Assembly (NCBI GenBank): GCA_022605425.2
Contig: CM061246.1
Span: 620,001 to 684,000 of the forward strand
Direction: 5' to 3'
Origin: Hamiltosporidium tvaerminnensis FI-OER-3-3
Lineage: Eukaryota > Fungi > Microsporidia
Length of the DNA: 64,000 nucleotides
In this document: positions 35,099 through 47,839 of the stretch, piece after piece
How the letters are laid out: each line of letters begins with the position of its first letter
Position numbering within the stretch: the first letter of the stretch is position 1
The notes under the pieces: generated by a model
What the model was told of the DNA's origin: nothing
Databases searched by the model: none
What the model saw: the letters and a program-made list of their open reading frames with translations, nothing else
Made by a program: the position numbers and the translations under genes

Positions 35099-36284
35099 CT
35101 AAATATGCTTAGTTTATTTCTAAATATTTCTACTGCGGAAAAATTCTATTAGATTAATGAAAATAACTTTGATGAAATATCTCCTATATGAATATTGTGA
35201 AATAAAAATATTTGGTTTGCTTAGTGACACATTAAATGTTCAATTGTAACAATCAAACCATATAGTTTTGCTTAGATGTAATATTATCAGATTTTATGTT
35301 CATCGATTTTATTATTCTTCTTGCTTTTTTTGATTGTTTATGAATTCCTCGGGGTTAAACCTTAAGAGGAAATTATACTGTATTTTTTTGATACCAGAAA
35401 CCAATTATTTAATGTATCAATTCTTACAAAAATGAATCGTTATGTTTATTTATAGAAAACCAAATTAATTATAGTTGAACATTTATAATTCGGTGTGCAA
35501 TATTAAAAAAATATGAATCGATATTTTATGTTTAATGGATTCGAATCGTGGTCAAATATAAGTAAGAGTGCTTTTTTATTATATAATTTCTCAACATGGC
35601 AAAATTTGACTTTTAAAAATCTCCAACGTACAACTATATGAATTCAAATATATTTCATTGTGGGAGCACTATAAATATATTATAATTTGAAGACATATAT
35701 TTTTAGGAATAACGAATAAACAATTCTACACTCGTTTATTTAATATATTAAGTATATAACTAATCTGAAAGAAGAAATTGTTATGTATGTATTATTTCTT
35801 CCATATTACATTCGAAAGAACATTCATAAGTTCTTATCGTATACACTTCCACTCCACAATATATATTGTTTTAAAATAAATTTGAAGGTTTTAAAGTAAA
35901 AATATATTCTAGTTAAAATCATTTAAGCGAAAATGGATCTAGAAATTACAAGAAATACTTTGATCCTGCATTAAAATGCTACATTAGCTACTTTTTTGTT
36001 CTTATAAGTGTGATGAAATTATATTTGAAACATTCTTAGTTATAAAAATTAAATTGTAAAATATATATTTAAAAAAAGAAATTAGCAAAGGAAAATATTA
36101 AAGTGATGCAAGTAGACAAGATGAAATTTAAACGAAAAGGAAAACCAAAGCTTAGAATTTGTATAAACACAAAAATAAAGTAATTTATAAGTTATGAAAG
36201 ACATTTTTTAAAAGGGATAAAAATGGTTTTTGGCTCAGATTTAATAAAATTTAGAAAATAAATATATTATAAATTACCCATCTT

Positions 36285-36929
36285 ATGGCAAAAGGATGTA
36301 GTGTCTTTGTGGGAAATATTGAATTTGATATACCAGAACAAAAAATAGTAGAAGAGTTAAGTGTGATAGGAAAGGTAGTAAATTTTAGATTAGTTTATGA
36401 TAGAAATACTGGTAAGTCTAAAGGATATGGATTTGCAGAATATGAATCGTCACTGATTGCAGAAACAGCTGTACAGAAATTAAAAATATCTTTTAACGGT
36501 AGACCTGTGAAGATAAACTATGCCGATACAGATTTTCCAATCAAATCCAAGGAAACAACAGCTACAGAAACATTAGATATAGAAAATATAGTGAATGTTC
36601 TTGATGATCTAGATAAAACAAATTTAAAAGACGTAGTTATTTATTTGAAAAGGATGGCAATCGACCAACCTTCAAATTTTAAGAATCTTATGGCAACCAA
36701 TCCAAATTTACTTATTGTTTTGTTTGAAGCACTTGTAAAACTAAATATTGTCGATCAAAGTGTTATTTCTACGCTATTAAAAAAATCTTTTGATCTTGAC
36801 GAACAGAAATCACAAATATTTGAAAGAATTTGTCAAATGAGTGATGAAGATCTTTCATTGTATTCAGAAGATGTTAAAAATAAAATAAGTAAATTAAGAA
36901 GCTTAATTATTAAAAAGAAGAGTAATTAA
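36285..36929 (+). CDS. RNA15: Cleavage stimulation factor 64 / Rna15
   Basis: SVFVGNI, FRLVYDRNTGKSKGYGFAEY RRM; hinge (NPNL...LF.AL); C-terminal QMSDEDL; CCC motif. Confidence 0.9.
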   Translation: MAKGCSVFVGNIEFDIPEQKIVEELSVIGKVVNFRLVYDRNTGKSKGYGFAEYESSLIAETAVQKLKISFNGRPVKINYADTDFPIKSKETTATETLDIENIVNVLDDLDKTNLKDVVIYLKRMAIDQPSNFKNLMATNPNLLIVLFEALVKLNIVDQSVISTLLKKSFDLDEQKSQIFERICQMSDEDLSLYSEDVKNKISKLRSLIIKKKSN

Positions 36930-37086
36930 AAACCTTTTTGCCTATTTTTCCACTGACGCAATCTTTTACGTTTAAAATTTTTTATATTCATTAACTCTTT
37001 ATATATTTCGTGTGATCTTTTAAACCTTCGTTAGGTTTAATAAATTTAATATTGTTAATTAGAATGCTCATTGCTTAAAATTTAAA

Positions 37087-37311
37087 CTTACTTACTTATT
37101 CCATTCCTCCTTTACTTTTCGAGTCGAGGATGACCAAAAATATTTTTCCTATTTGTTTCTTTTAATCTGTTATGACTCGGAATAATAGGGGATTGGCTTA
37201 TAGATCCAATATATTTTATATCTCACCAAAATGGCAACATTGATTTTCACACCATTTATATATATTGATTGCCAGGCAAATAGTTTTTAATGTGGTAACA
37301 CTCTTCTACGC
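37087..37311 (-). mobile_element. Short SINE-like element with (TAAG)n tail
   Basis: Shared head; tail AATAAGTAAGTAAG; TSD CTTAAAAT(T/A)TAAA at 37074-37086 and 37312-37324 (1 mismatch). Confidence 0.8.
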
Positions 37312-40300
37312 CTTAAAATATAAAAATCAATGAAAATATTTCCAACGGATCTTCAAAAAAACAATTTCTTTTTTAATCCGGGTTTCTGAATATGATGTTT
37401 AGATTTACTCGCAGGTGTATTTTTACCTTTCTATTATATTTATATATTTTATATTAAGAAATTACATGTTCTGTTTACAGCTATACTCTTACTATTTTTT
37501 TGTTTAATTTGTTTACGAATTAATAATTCATAGAAATTTTATTACATCTAAACTGTTTTATCAGCGTCAATTGTTTTAGAATTAAGAAATTAAATATTTA
37601 GCTTAGTTTTTAAACGTTTAAACCGTTTATCAGTTTCAATTGTTTTAGAATTAAGAAATTAAATATTCTTCTAAATCGGAAAACATATATACTATTATAT
37701 CCTCTTTTTATTTCATAATTTAAATTATAATATAATTGTTAGATACTTAATAATACGATTTACAAGAGATTTTCATTTTTGTTTGTAATTACGAAACCCA
37801 CAATTTTAAATTTTTTATACATTAAATTATAAAAAATACTAATTTTTACCAAAAAAAATGTTATCAATAATAACATTACTGTGTAATTCAAGCTGTTAAA
37901 ACTAGAACTATAAACTTTAGATGTATTATCTTGTATCTGGTGAATTATAAAAGTTTCCAAATATGTTAATGAACCACACAACATGTACCAATTTATTACT
38001 ACTGATGTATTTTTTTCTGTTTTTTCATTCGAATTTTTATCTTGACATTCTTTAATTAATCTACTATATACATGTATGTTTCTTTTTTAAGGAAAATAGC
38101 AAAGGTATTTGGGTTCATTTTTGATTCCGCATGAGTCAACCAACAAAGGTTGATACGCACTTATCATATATGAAAAACATATAGAATAATTAAAGGTAAG
38201 ATGGTTTTTTGTTAGTATTCTAGTGAATATCTTATGATTCTATTCAATTTTTATGATTAAAAATTTTAAAAAATGAAATTTACAGTATTTCTGTAACCGA
38301 AGAGTGTAGAGAATAGCTTAAATTCGTAAGATTTCTCAATCCGCCTTGTTTTTTCTACAATATTACACCTAGCAGATGTGCTAAATCAATCTGTTAATAT
38401 GTGTATAAAGTGAAAGTATTTACAAGAAAATCTAAAAATGATGAGCCGAACTCGAAGCTTATAAATTTAAAAAATCTGATGTGAAAGATTGGGATTTTTT
38501 GAATTCCGGTCTTATTTACATGTAAATCATTATTTAGCGTAATGCTTATTGATCCTAACAAGTATTAAAACGCTTTTTTTATTTTTTTTTCAAAAAGAGG
38601 CAAAAAGGCTTTAATTTTGGTTGATTGCACATTTAAAACAAGAAATTATACTAAAGTTCCTTATAATTCCATTTGAAGAGTAAAAATCAATAAGATATAA
38701 ATTGGTGTTAGCGAAAGCTCATGATAACTTACACACCGGACGTGTATGTTTTTGAATGCCTTATTTTTCCCAAAAGAAACAATAGTCCACTATTAATAAT
38801 CTCACAGCTAAGAATTGATAAATAATACAAAATGACAACATTTTGGCTTCAAAAAAGGGAAAATAATTCAATATAAATTTGCCCAAATAAAAAATCAAAG
38901 TAATTATGACTAAGTTAAGGCGTTTTTATTTGCAATTGAAAACGATTACTAAATTTTAATCTTTTGAACTTGTCGTCAACATTTTATTGTATTCACTTTT
39001 TAGATATGATATCTCTTTTATTAAGTTTAAATAAATGATTGATTATCGTCTTATTTCAAGAATTTAAAAATTAATGATCATTACTTTTTTAACAAATAAA
39101 TTTACAAATTTAGTATATTTTGATATCGGTTTAAGCAATTTTTTGTTGGAATAACCTGCCTCTCGGAATAGTATATTGTATGAATACTAATAATATCCTT
39201 TACAACCTACCGGTAAATTGATTGTTTACCAGCAAATTGGTTGAAAATTTGTATTTTTGTTAACGAATATTTATTAGAAATTGTTTTTTTATAATTGTAC
39301 GGACAAAAACTATCAAGAAAAACCTGATTATTTATTTGAAAGGTCTGAAACATAACAAATAAATTTACATCGATAAGTTAAGATCTAATATTCTGAAATG
39401 GTCGTTTTAGACTTAAATTCAAATAAATATGTTTTTAAGTCTAATTAAGATATTTTTGGAAACTGTAAATATTTATTTTTTTTCCAAAATTTAAGAACAT
39501 TTTAGTTGAAATATACAATAAAGAATGAAATTTAAAATTATTTATGTAAATAAAATATGCCAAAGCAATAATCGATGTAAAATATATTTGATCTGAACAT
39601 AAAATCCAGCCATAAAAACCTTAATAATGTATATATATTTGTATAACCACATGAAACAGGTTCTCATATTACAATTTAGATATTATTTGGATATACTATG
39701 AAATATGTGGGTTAATTACATCAAGAATAAATTACAGAATCGGTAAGGCTCGGTGTAAAACTATAAGATTTAAAATTGAAAAGTAATTAGGGAAATGCTT
39801 TTGATTTGATTAATAAATAATTTACATGCTTAGATCGTATAAAAGACTCATGATAAGGGAAAAAGTGGAATGTTTAAACCCTATTTGATCTAATCCTGTT
39901 CAATAATTTTTCTTAAAAATAAATATGAATACAATAATATATCGGTTATATTAAGCATGCATGCACAAGTTGCCTCTTTCAACTTTCAATCATAAAATCT
40001 AATACTTCTGATGATATATAAATTCAGATAATATCTGTTATAAAACCGAGTAAAACTTGATTTATATTTGTATATCTAATGTTTTGAGTTCTTGGTACAA
40101 TTGAGTTGCTTATTATAAACCATACTGCTTTACTATTCACAACTATAAGCCAAATATAGTTACTAGGTTAGATTGCAGGAAATCTATAAATATTTATTTA
40201 ACAGTGAAAAAAATACTTCATAAAAGTTTGTTGGACTCCGACATAAAATATTAAACGAGGTGAAATTCTTGGCTAATTGTTTAAATTAAACTAAATCTTT

Positions 40301-41711
40301 GATACATTTAATAAAACTAAGTAAAGCTGATTTTACTAAAATAAATTCAAGAAATCTCATGAAAGTGTGCCGAGAACGAAAATTTATGTTCAATGTGCAA
40401 AGAAGAAGCATAGTTCATATATATAGAAGATTAATACCAAATTTAATAAATTATTAAAGGTTCTTGAAACAAAGTGGTACATTATAAATACTACAGGTAA
40501 CCGCATATTATGTAGCACATTGTAAATAATTTGTATGAAATGAAATTTTTATGTTTCAAAAGTATAAACTCTATTTAAGAAGCATATTTCATTGATTATT
40601 TTTGGGTATTTTCTATAATATTCTAACAATATTAAACTTTAAACAACTTTGAATTAGTATTTGGATTTGAAAAAATACCTTTGAACTATTCTAATCACGA
40701 AATTTACCCAATTATCTCTTAAAAAGAGTTTAATTACGCGAACTTTGCTTTGATTTCTTGACCTAAAAAATAATACATAACCTATTTTCTGAAAATATAT
40801 AAGCATTTATAAGAAAATTCTTGAATATATTTATTCAATAATTAAGTCGGTATTTCAATCAAAAACAAGGGGATATTATATGACTTAAACCTTAGCGAAT
40901 AAAAACGTGTATTTGTTCTAAAATTCAACTTAATAACAAGACTATTATTTTAATAACAGTTAATATCTAAGACAAGGGAATGACAAAAGTACTCTAAAAT
41001 AGCACAAAAATATAAATTAGAAAATCTAACCCCAGAACAATATATAATTTCGGTTTTAATTCAATACTTTTTTGCAAATAAATTCATAAAAAAATTAACA
41101 ATAATTAAATTTGCTGTCGAATCAATAGCAGAAGCAAGATTTATCTTAAGAATTTAACAAAGTATTTAAAATACATATCAAGAGTAGTTGTATACTTATT
41201 TCGGTCCTCATGTGCCTCTCAGTGTTTATAAAAAAACGAAAGTAAAAAATAAAGCACCAATTTATCTTTTACCAAATTTAGGATAAAAAATTTCTATAAT
41301 TGGGTTTCAATATTATTAATGAAATTCTAAAATGCATTTTAACATATTTATAAATTTCTGGTTTATTTTGTTTTCTATTCTCCCAATTTCAATAATCATT
41401 TTTTTGTTTTATTTAAGATGTCTTTTATATTTAACATTATTCTATATTTTGAATTAATAGATCATTTTCGGTTTATTCATTAGCAATTAGGGATCTGATT
41501 TTCATTAGATTTGTATATTAAACATTTTCCTCTTCATAGATTTGTATATGTAATATAAATTACATGTTTTAAGACTTTTTACAATCAGAGGTGAAATGTA
41601 ATTCATTATTTAATTATTTGGTCTATAAAATCATCTTAGAATATTTAATTAGTTCAGTATTTTCTAGAAATTATTTTTTTGAAAAATTTTTTAAAATAAT
41701 TTAGATTAAAA

Positions 41712-42452
41712 CTTTATTTAAATACTTTATTTAAAAATATCACATCTTTTTACAATAGTGGCAAGTGTTATATTTGTTTTTATGACATTAACGCAGTTCT
41801 ATTGTTAAAATAAAAAAGTTGCTCCCAACACTCGATCGGTAACCCCTGCGATACCTACGTCTCATGGCCTTTCATCTAACAGGTGTGTAGAACCTAATTA
41901 ATAGGCGAGGCAGTTGCTCGGAGTTCGTTAATGTCCCTTGCATGGAGTGTGATCGAAGGCCGAAGCCCCCCCTGGGCTCCCCCAAGACTATGCAGCATTC
42001 CCACTTACTCTACACTTTCTGAACCCAATAAACTTCTAGCTAAGATATATTTCAGAGACTTACATGGGGTCCACCTAGACAGTGCAATGTCATACCAACA
42101 GGTATAACCTGCTACTTAGCTCTCCCGGCTTTTAATTGGTTTTATTTTTATATCTCCCAGGCGCTAAGTCTTCTAACCCGAGTGAGCAAGGCTAGGTTTC
42201 CATGCTTTTACATGGCGATTACCTACATGTTCAGCTGCGGTCTGCAATCTGGTTACATAAAAAACTACAAATAAATTTGTAGAAAAAGTTTCTCCATTTC
42301 TTAGACCTCTCCTCTTCATAACAACTCCCATGGAACAACCGAAGATGTAGTGTGGTTAATTCCCACCAAAAATCCAAACAATGATCTCACAACAGTTTCA
42401 CACACTCATTGCCAAGCAGAAAGTTTTTTATGTGGTTATCCTCCCTCCACCA
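41712..42452 (-). mobile_element. Long non-coding SINE-like retroposon, copy D
   Basis: Near-identical to copy A; TSD TTAGATTAAAA at 41701-41711 and 42453-42463; tail unit TTTAAATAAAG present twice. Confidence 0.9.
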
Positions 42453-42536
42453 TTAGATTAAAATATATTAAAATGTTTGTTAAAAAGAGAAATTATTCAT
42501 AAATAAATATATTGAACGCTAAAAAAAATATCACCC

Positions 42537-43184
42537 ATGTATATTTCGATGAAAAATCCAATAATATTGAATCCGTTGGCAACAGAATACTTGCTTATAT
42601 TTTTACATGGATTAGGAGATAATGGAGAAAATATTTCAAGCATATTTGAATCATATGCAAAAAGATATAGAAATACACGGATGATATTTCCCACTGCAAT
42701 GAAAAGAAAAATTGGAATTTGTGCGAATATGGAAATGAATGCTTGGTTTAATATACAATCATTGGATTTAGAATATGAAGATTATGATGGTTATCGAGAA
42801 AGTATGGAAAATATTATGAAAATTTTTAACGAGCAAAATATTGCACCCACTAGAACAATAATTGCAGGATTTTCTCAAGGTGGTGCAATGTCTCTTTATA
42901 TAGCATTAAATGAAATCAGATATTTTAAAAGTATTATTTGTTGTTCTGGTTTTCTTATCGATAGAACAAATGCTAAAAATATTGTTAAACAAAATATAAC
43001 GATGATACATGGAAACAAAGATATTGTGGTTTTACCCATGTTCGGGGAAAAATCTTTCGAGATTTTAAAAAATAAATATAAGCAAAATGTGAAATTGATT
43101 AAATTTCATGGTGATCATACTATTCCTAATATAGCGTTTGATACTATATTCGACGGATTTAACGATAAAGATTTGGTCTTGTGA
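42537..43184 (+). CDS. Acyl-protein thioesterase / lysophospholipase (abhydrolase_2)
   Basis: IFLHGLGD, IFPTA, AWFNI, AGFSQGGA, HGNKD.VV, GDH; CCC motif before ATG. Confidence 0.93.
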   Translation: MYISMKNPIILNPLATEYLLIFLHGLGDNGENISSIFESYAKRYRNTRMIFPTAMKRKIGICANMEMNAWFNIQSLDLEYEDYDGYRESMENIMKIFNEQNIAPTRTIIAGFSQGGAMSLYIALNEIRYFKSIICCSGFLIDRTNAKNIVKQNITMIHGNKDIVVLPMFGEKSFEILKNKYKQNVKLIKFHGDHTIPNIAFDTIFDGFNDKDLVL

Positions 43185-43779
43185 GTTATATTGAAAAAAT
43201 ATTTATTTTTAATATAAAAATAAATTCTAAGTTGACTATTTCGAAAATTATTTATCTTATATTGCAGATTTTCTTATTCTAAACAGTATTATAGTCTAAA
43301 ATATACGTTTCTTTTTATTTGCTTAATTCGTTTAATTATTTATTTTTTAACTCATTTTTTTAAAGCTTTATTCTCTAATATTTGTTTAAAAAGTAAAATT
43401 ATTTTTTATTAAACAATTGTTCTTCAAATTCAAATTTTTTAAATTATAAAAAGGTAAGCAATTCACGAAAAAGATCTTTAAAAAACCTAAAAACAAAAAA
43501 TAGCATACACCTTGTTTCAAATAGTGGGAATCATTAGAGTAACAGAAAATAATATAAAGAGTGTCGGGTTTAGAAGAGATTGCTATGGCCACGAGAGAGG
43601 TAGAAGATAATATATAAAAGTTAAAATTATTATTAAACTCAAAATTCCATGAAATAAGAATTAACATATACATTTCATAAAAAGAATAGCCCCATAATTG
43701 ACTATTTGGTTTCATACAATTAAAGATAAGTTATATCTTTTAAAAATTTTATAGTTATTCTATAAACAAACAAAAGAGT

Positions 43780-44910
43780 GTAAATTAGAAGAATAGAAAT
43801 CCTAGGATAGATAATGATACCAAAACACATCTTGCACTAATAAAAAGCTTTTAAAAACTTCAATATAGGTTATATGGAGAATTAAATAAAAAAAGATTGG
43901 AAAAAGCTCAACTGGCTAATTTATATGTCAAAAAATAAAGCTGAAATTTACTTGGTAATTTAAATGGATCTAAGTAATAAGCTGGTAAGTTTTAATGAAT
44001 TCTTGGATTAACTAAAAAAATAAACATAAAACCAAGTGTCGAAGGATCTTCGATTATATTCATAGTATAACTATATTCCGACAGCAGAAGGAATGTGATA
44101 TTATTGTATTGGTTAGAAGTCTACTAAGGCATTTGCAAATAGGTATGAAAATGATCAGAAACTAAAAAACTAGACATTATAATGAGGTGAAGCGGTTCTA
44201 CAGCTACATCAATATAAATATATGTTTAAGTCTTTAAGACAAATTAGGAGTTACTCAGTTCAAAAATTATATAAATTTAGTGATAAGAATTAAAAAGAAA
44301 ACCAGAAATAAAACCGATGTTCATATTCGGAATAATAGATCAGTTATATTTATTTTTGACTTTGAGTTAAATAATATACGTCCTGATGAAATATAGATTA
44401 TATATTTTACAAAATTCCACTCAGAATTACAAAGCCAATAAGCCAAAGAAAATGGTTCATTTGTAAAAGATTTGTTTCTAACTTAGAAATTAAACTAAAA
44501 TATTTTTTTTCATAATTAGAAAATGTATCCATATTGGGTTTTAGATAACTAATAGCAGAAACATGATTTTTTGCCTATAATAGAAGCACGGATTAGACTG
44601 GGCTCATATAGGCTGCACAAATCCATTTATTTTCGAGAAATAATATTAAATAAAACCAAATCGAGATAAAGTTGAGAACAAGAACAAAACCTTAAAGAAG
44701 ATCAGATATAACTTACAATTCATATATCTATCACACATATAAACCACGAGAAAAACATCTATTTTGAAAACCAAATATCTATCGAATCTTAATTGTGAAT
44801 TTAATATCAGATTAAAAATAAATTTGTAACTCAAAAAGGTGATTAAATATAAAGAAGCAGATATATGGGGCAGAGAACGAGATAAATACATTAAAAACCC
44901 ACCCAATATT
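43780..44910 (+). pseudogene. Probable decayed Ty3/Gypsy pol relic
   Basis: Broken motifs in pol order: YLG, FLGL, NY...QKECDIIV (RNase H-like), H...HIGC (integrase Zn-like), VE.-N.T; many stops. Confidence 0.35.
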
Positions 44911-45197
44911 AGGTTTTATAATTCAATCTTTTTCTAAAATTTGGAATTATAAAAGCAGAACATTTTTCTTTTAAATTTACACACTCTTTTTTACATCTAT
45001 TTTCTCATCTATTAATTTTTTTTTAATTCCTTATTTTATTCCTTTACGTTTAAAAATTTATTCTAAAAATATCAATTTTACTGCCTCTCTTATTTAATTG
45101 AATTGTTTCATTACCCTTCTATCTTTGATTTATTTGCTTATCTTTCATTTCTTAAAAAATTATAATTTTCTTTATTAATTTTAGTATTTCCACCCAT

Positions 45198-46844
45198 ATG
45201 AAAGAAAACTCATTTGATGACCAAATAAAAAAAAAAAGAAATATAATTACAATATTTTCTTGTATATTTCTTGGTCTAATGTTTACACTTCTAGATTGTC
45301 TCAGTTATGGACGTAATATGCTTCCCAAAGTAAAAGATGATACATCAATAGAAAATATAAGTATGATTATTTATTTATATTCTACAATCACAGCGCAAAT
45401 ATTTTATGGAATATTTACAAAATTAGAAAGTGGTATTATGGCTGGTGCTATAGTAGAGTCATTTCCATATATGCATTCAATATTTAATGTATGTAAGGAA
45501 GGTAATGAAAGTATTAATTCAGTAGTAACTAATACATTATTGTGTCTTCTCATATCTACTATGCTGGTATCTTTTTGGTCTTTTCTTTTAAAAAAATATA
45601 AAATCGGGGGATTTTTAAAAATGATTCCAAAAGCAGCCATAACTGGATGTCTAGGAGCTATCGGATTGAGTCAATTCAGTGTTGCTTATGGAGAAATATG
45701 TAGCAATATATTTGACTCAAAGGCACTTTTACTTTTATCCATAATGGTTATATGCGCCTTTATAGCATTTTTACTACAGGAAAAATTTAGTGATGTAGTT
45801 TTTATTGTTCCGCTTTTTTCTTTGATAGTAATTTCGGGTTTTTACGTTTTTTTTATTCCCATTTTAGGAAATTCTTTGGATAATTTAATATTAAATGAAT
45901 GGTTACCAAAAAAAGAAAGTGCAAATTTATTTTTAAATCAAATTTGGGAAAAACTTTCATTTAAAGAACTCTCAGCCAAATATGTTGTAAAAAATATATT
46001 TAATATTTTTTTATTATCTTTATTTAGTTTGATACACATGCCGGTAAATTTACCGGCATTTGGAACAGCAACTGGGGTTTCTTTCAATTTTTTGGATGAA
46101 CTTAAGACACAGTCAATTGGAAATTTTATAAGTGCTTTTACTTTTTGTCCAACCTATTTTATTTCGTCATGTTCTATTTTCTTCAATAGAAGTGGTGGTA
46201 AAGGAAAAACAGAAAGTATTTTATTGGGCGTATTTTTATGTACTCTCATATTTTTTGGTGCGAGTTTAAAAACTTATATTCCTAGATTTGTTTTAGGAAT
46301 GATACCTTGTTTTATAGGAATAAGTATGTGTTATTCTGCGTTTATAAGAATATATTCGGAAGCCTCAAAATACGATCTATTGGTTGTATATTTTACTGCT
46401 TTTGTTTCCATGTATTTCAATTTGGTCGTTGGTTTGATTTTTGGAATATTTCTTTGTTTGCTTGAATTTGCTTTCAGATATAATAAAATTACCAAAACAG
46501 GAAATGTTTCTTCTGATTTGGAACTTTCCAATTTTAGAAATAATAAATTTTCAAAATCCATAGCTCGTATAAAAGTCGATTTTATGTTGGTATTTGCAAC
46601 AGTTGAAAAATTTGATAAATTGACACATAATGCCAGCACATATAGTGTTCTTGTTTTAGACTTAATGGAATGTAGTTGTATTGACTGGAGTGGTTCAGAC
46701 TTACTTGTTGGATTTGTTAATGGAATAGATTCTAACTGCAAGGTTTATATTATTGGAAAACCTCATAATTATGAACTTTACAATGTACAAAAAAGATTTA
46801 ATAAGGAAATAGAACATATAACTGAGAATATTGTTTCCGTTTAA
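45198..46844 (+). CDS. SulP/SLC26 sulfate/anion permease with STAS domain
   Basis: Many TM segments, LDCLSYG, IP...ITGCLGAIG, ELKTQSIGN, STAS LVLDL..C..IDWSG; CCC motif. Confidence 0.9.
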   Translation: MKENSFDDQIKKKRNIITIFSCIFLGLMFTLLDCLSYGRNMLPKVKDDTSIENISMIIYLYSTITAQIFYGIFTKLESGIMAGAIVESFPYMHSIFNVCKEGNESINSVVTNTLLCLLISTMLVSFWSFLLKKYKIGGFLKMIPKAAITGCLGAIGLSQFSVAYGEICSNIFDSKALLLLSIMVICAFIAFLLQEKFSDVVFIVPLFSLIVISGFYVFFIPILGNSLDNLILNEWLPKKESANLFLNQIWEKLSFKELSAKYVVKNIFNIFLLSLFSLIHMPVNLPAFGTATGVSFNFLDELKTQSIGNFISAFTFCPTYFISSCSIFFNRSGGKGKTESILLGVFLCTLIFFGASLKTYIPRFVLGMIPCFIGISMCYSAFIRIYSEASKYDLLVVYFTAFVSMYFNLVVGLIFGIFLCLLEFAFRYNKITKTGNVSSDLELSNFRNNKFSKSIARIKVDFMLVFATVEKFDKLTHNASTYSVLVLDLMECSCIDWSGSDLLVGFVNGIDSNCKVYIIGKPHNYELYNVQKRFNKEIEHITENIVSV

Positions 46845-47159
46845 TTTTAATTGATGGTCATTTATCGATTTAGATGAATTTAATATTTAAATAAATATTT
46901 ATTTTATCTAATACATATTTAGAGAAGTTTAAGATAATTGAATATACATTTTTAACTTCTTTTTTGATATAAATTTATTTCGTCGTTTATTAAAAAGTAA
47001 TTAATGGTTGAATAATTAGTTAAATATTTTATTTCTAAATGAAATGTATTTATAAAATAACCGTATCTCATACATGAGACATATGACTAAAAAATATTTT
47101 TATTATTTATTCGTAAAAAAATACAGAATTTCAATATTTAAGCGATAGATTTTAAATCA

Positions 47160-47449
47160 AAATTTCTTTGTTTTTAAAAGAAAAATTAAGAATCAAAGTA
47201 CAAATTTTAGCAGAGAATTTCTCTATTTAAAAGAATAATTAAGAATCAAATTACAAATTTTAAGCAGAGAATTTCTTTATTTAAAAGAATAATTATGACT
47301 CAAATTACAAATTTTAACAGAGAATTTCTCTATTTAAAAGAATAATTAAGAATCAAATTACAAATTTTAGCAGAGAATTTCTCTATTTAAAAGAATAATT
47401 AAGAATCAAATTACAAATTTTAACAGAGAATTTCTCTATTTAAAAGAAT
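47160..47449. repeat. Minisatellite, ~53-bp unit x ~5.5
   Basis: AAGAATCAAATTACAAATTTTAGCAGAGAATTTCTCTATTTAAAAGAATAATT repeated with minor variants. Confidence 0.9.
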
Positions 47450-47582
47450 GAATTTATAAAAAAAATGAAAAAGAAAATATTTTTATTATTCTTAGCTTAA
47501 AAAAAGAATGGAATGTAAATTTAGAAGAAATGATTGAAAATAAAGGAGTAAAGAATAAAAAACAATTCTAATTATAATTTTT

Positions 47583-47810
47583 AAAGAAGTAGAGAATATC
47601 TGAAATTAAAAATACCAATAAACTACATAAAAAATAAAGAAAATAAGAAAGATCTAATTCTTAAAAGAAATAGAGAATATCTAAAATTAAAAATACCAAT
47701 AAACTACATAAAAAATAAAGAAAATAAGAAAGATCTAATTCCTAAAAAAAGTAGAGAATATCTAAAATTAAAAATACCAATTAATTACTTAAAAATAAAG
47801 AAAATAGGAA
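47583..47810. repeat. Minisatellite, ~81-bp unit x ~3
   Basis: TAGAGAATATCT(G/A)AAATTAAAAATACCAAT...AAAAATAAAGAAAATA occurs three times. Confidence 0.85.
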
Positions 47811-47839
47811 AATATTAGAAATTTTAAATAAAATCATTT

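Noticed and set aside
35500-35575. tRNA suggested by GATTCGAATCC on the minus strand
   Set aside because: No acceptor, D or anticodon stems
38050-41250. Possible Gypsy relic (AHDNLHTGR, LLDS)
   Set aside because: Too decayed and motif order inconsistent
43386-43715. Short AT-rich ORFs (also 11150, 11823, 17844, 30027, 34384, 37760, 60293, 63019)
   Set aside because: F/L/I/K/N-biased composition expected by chance, no motifs, several overlap repeats
47160-47449. CRISPR-like array
   Set aside because: Whole units repeat with no unique spacers; eukaryotic context, no cas genes
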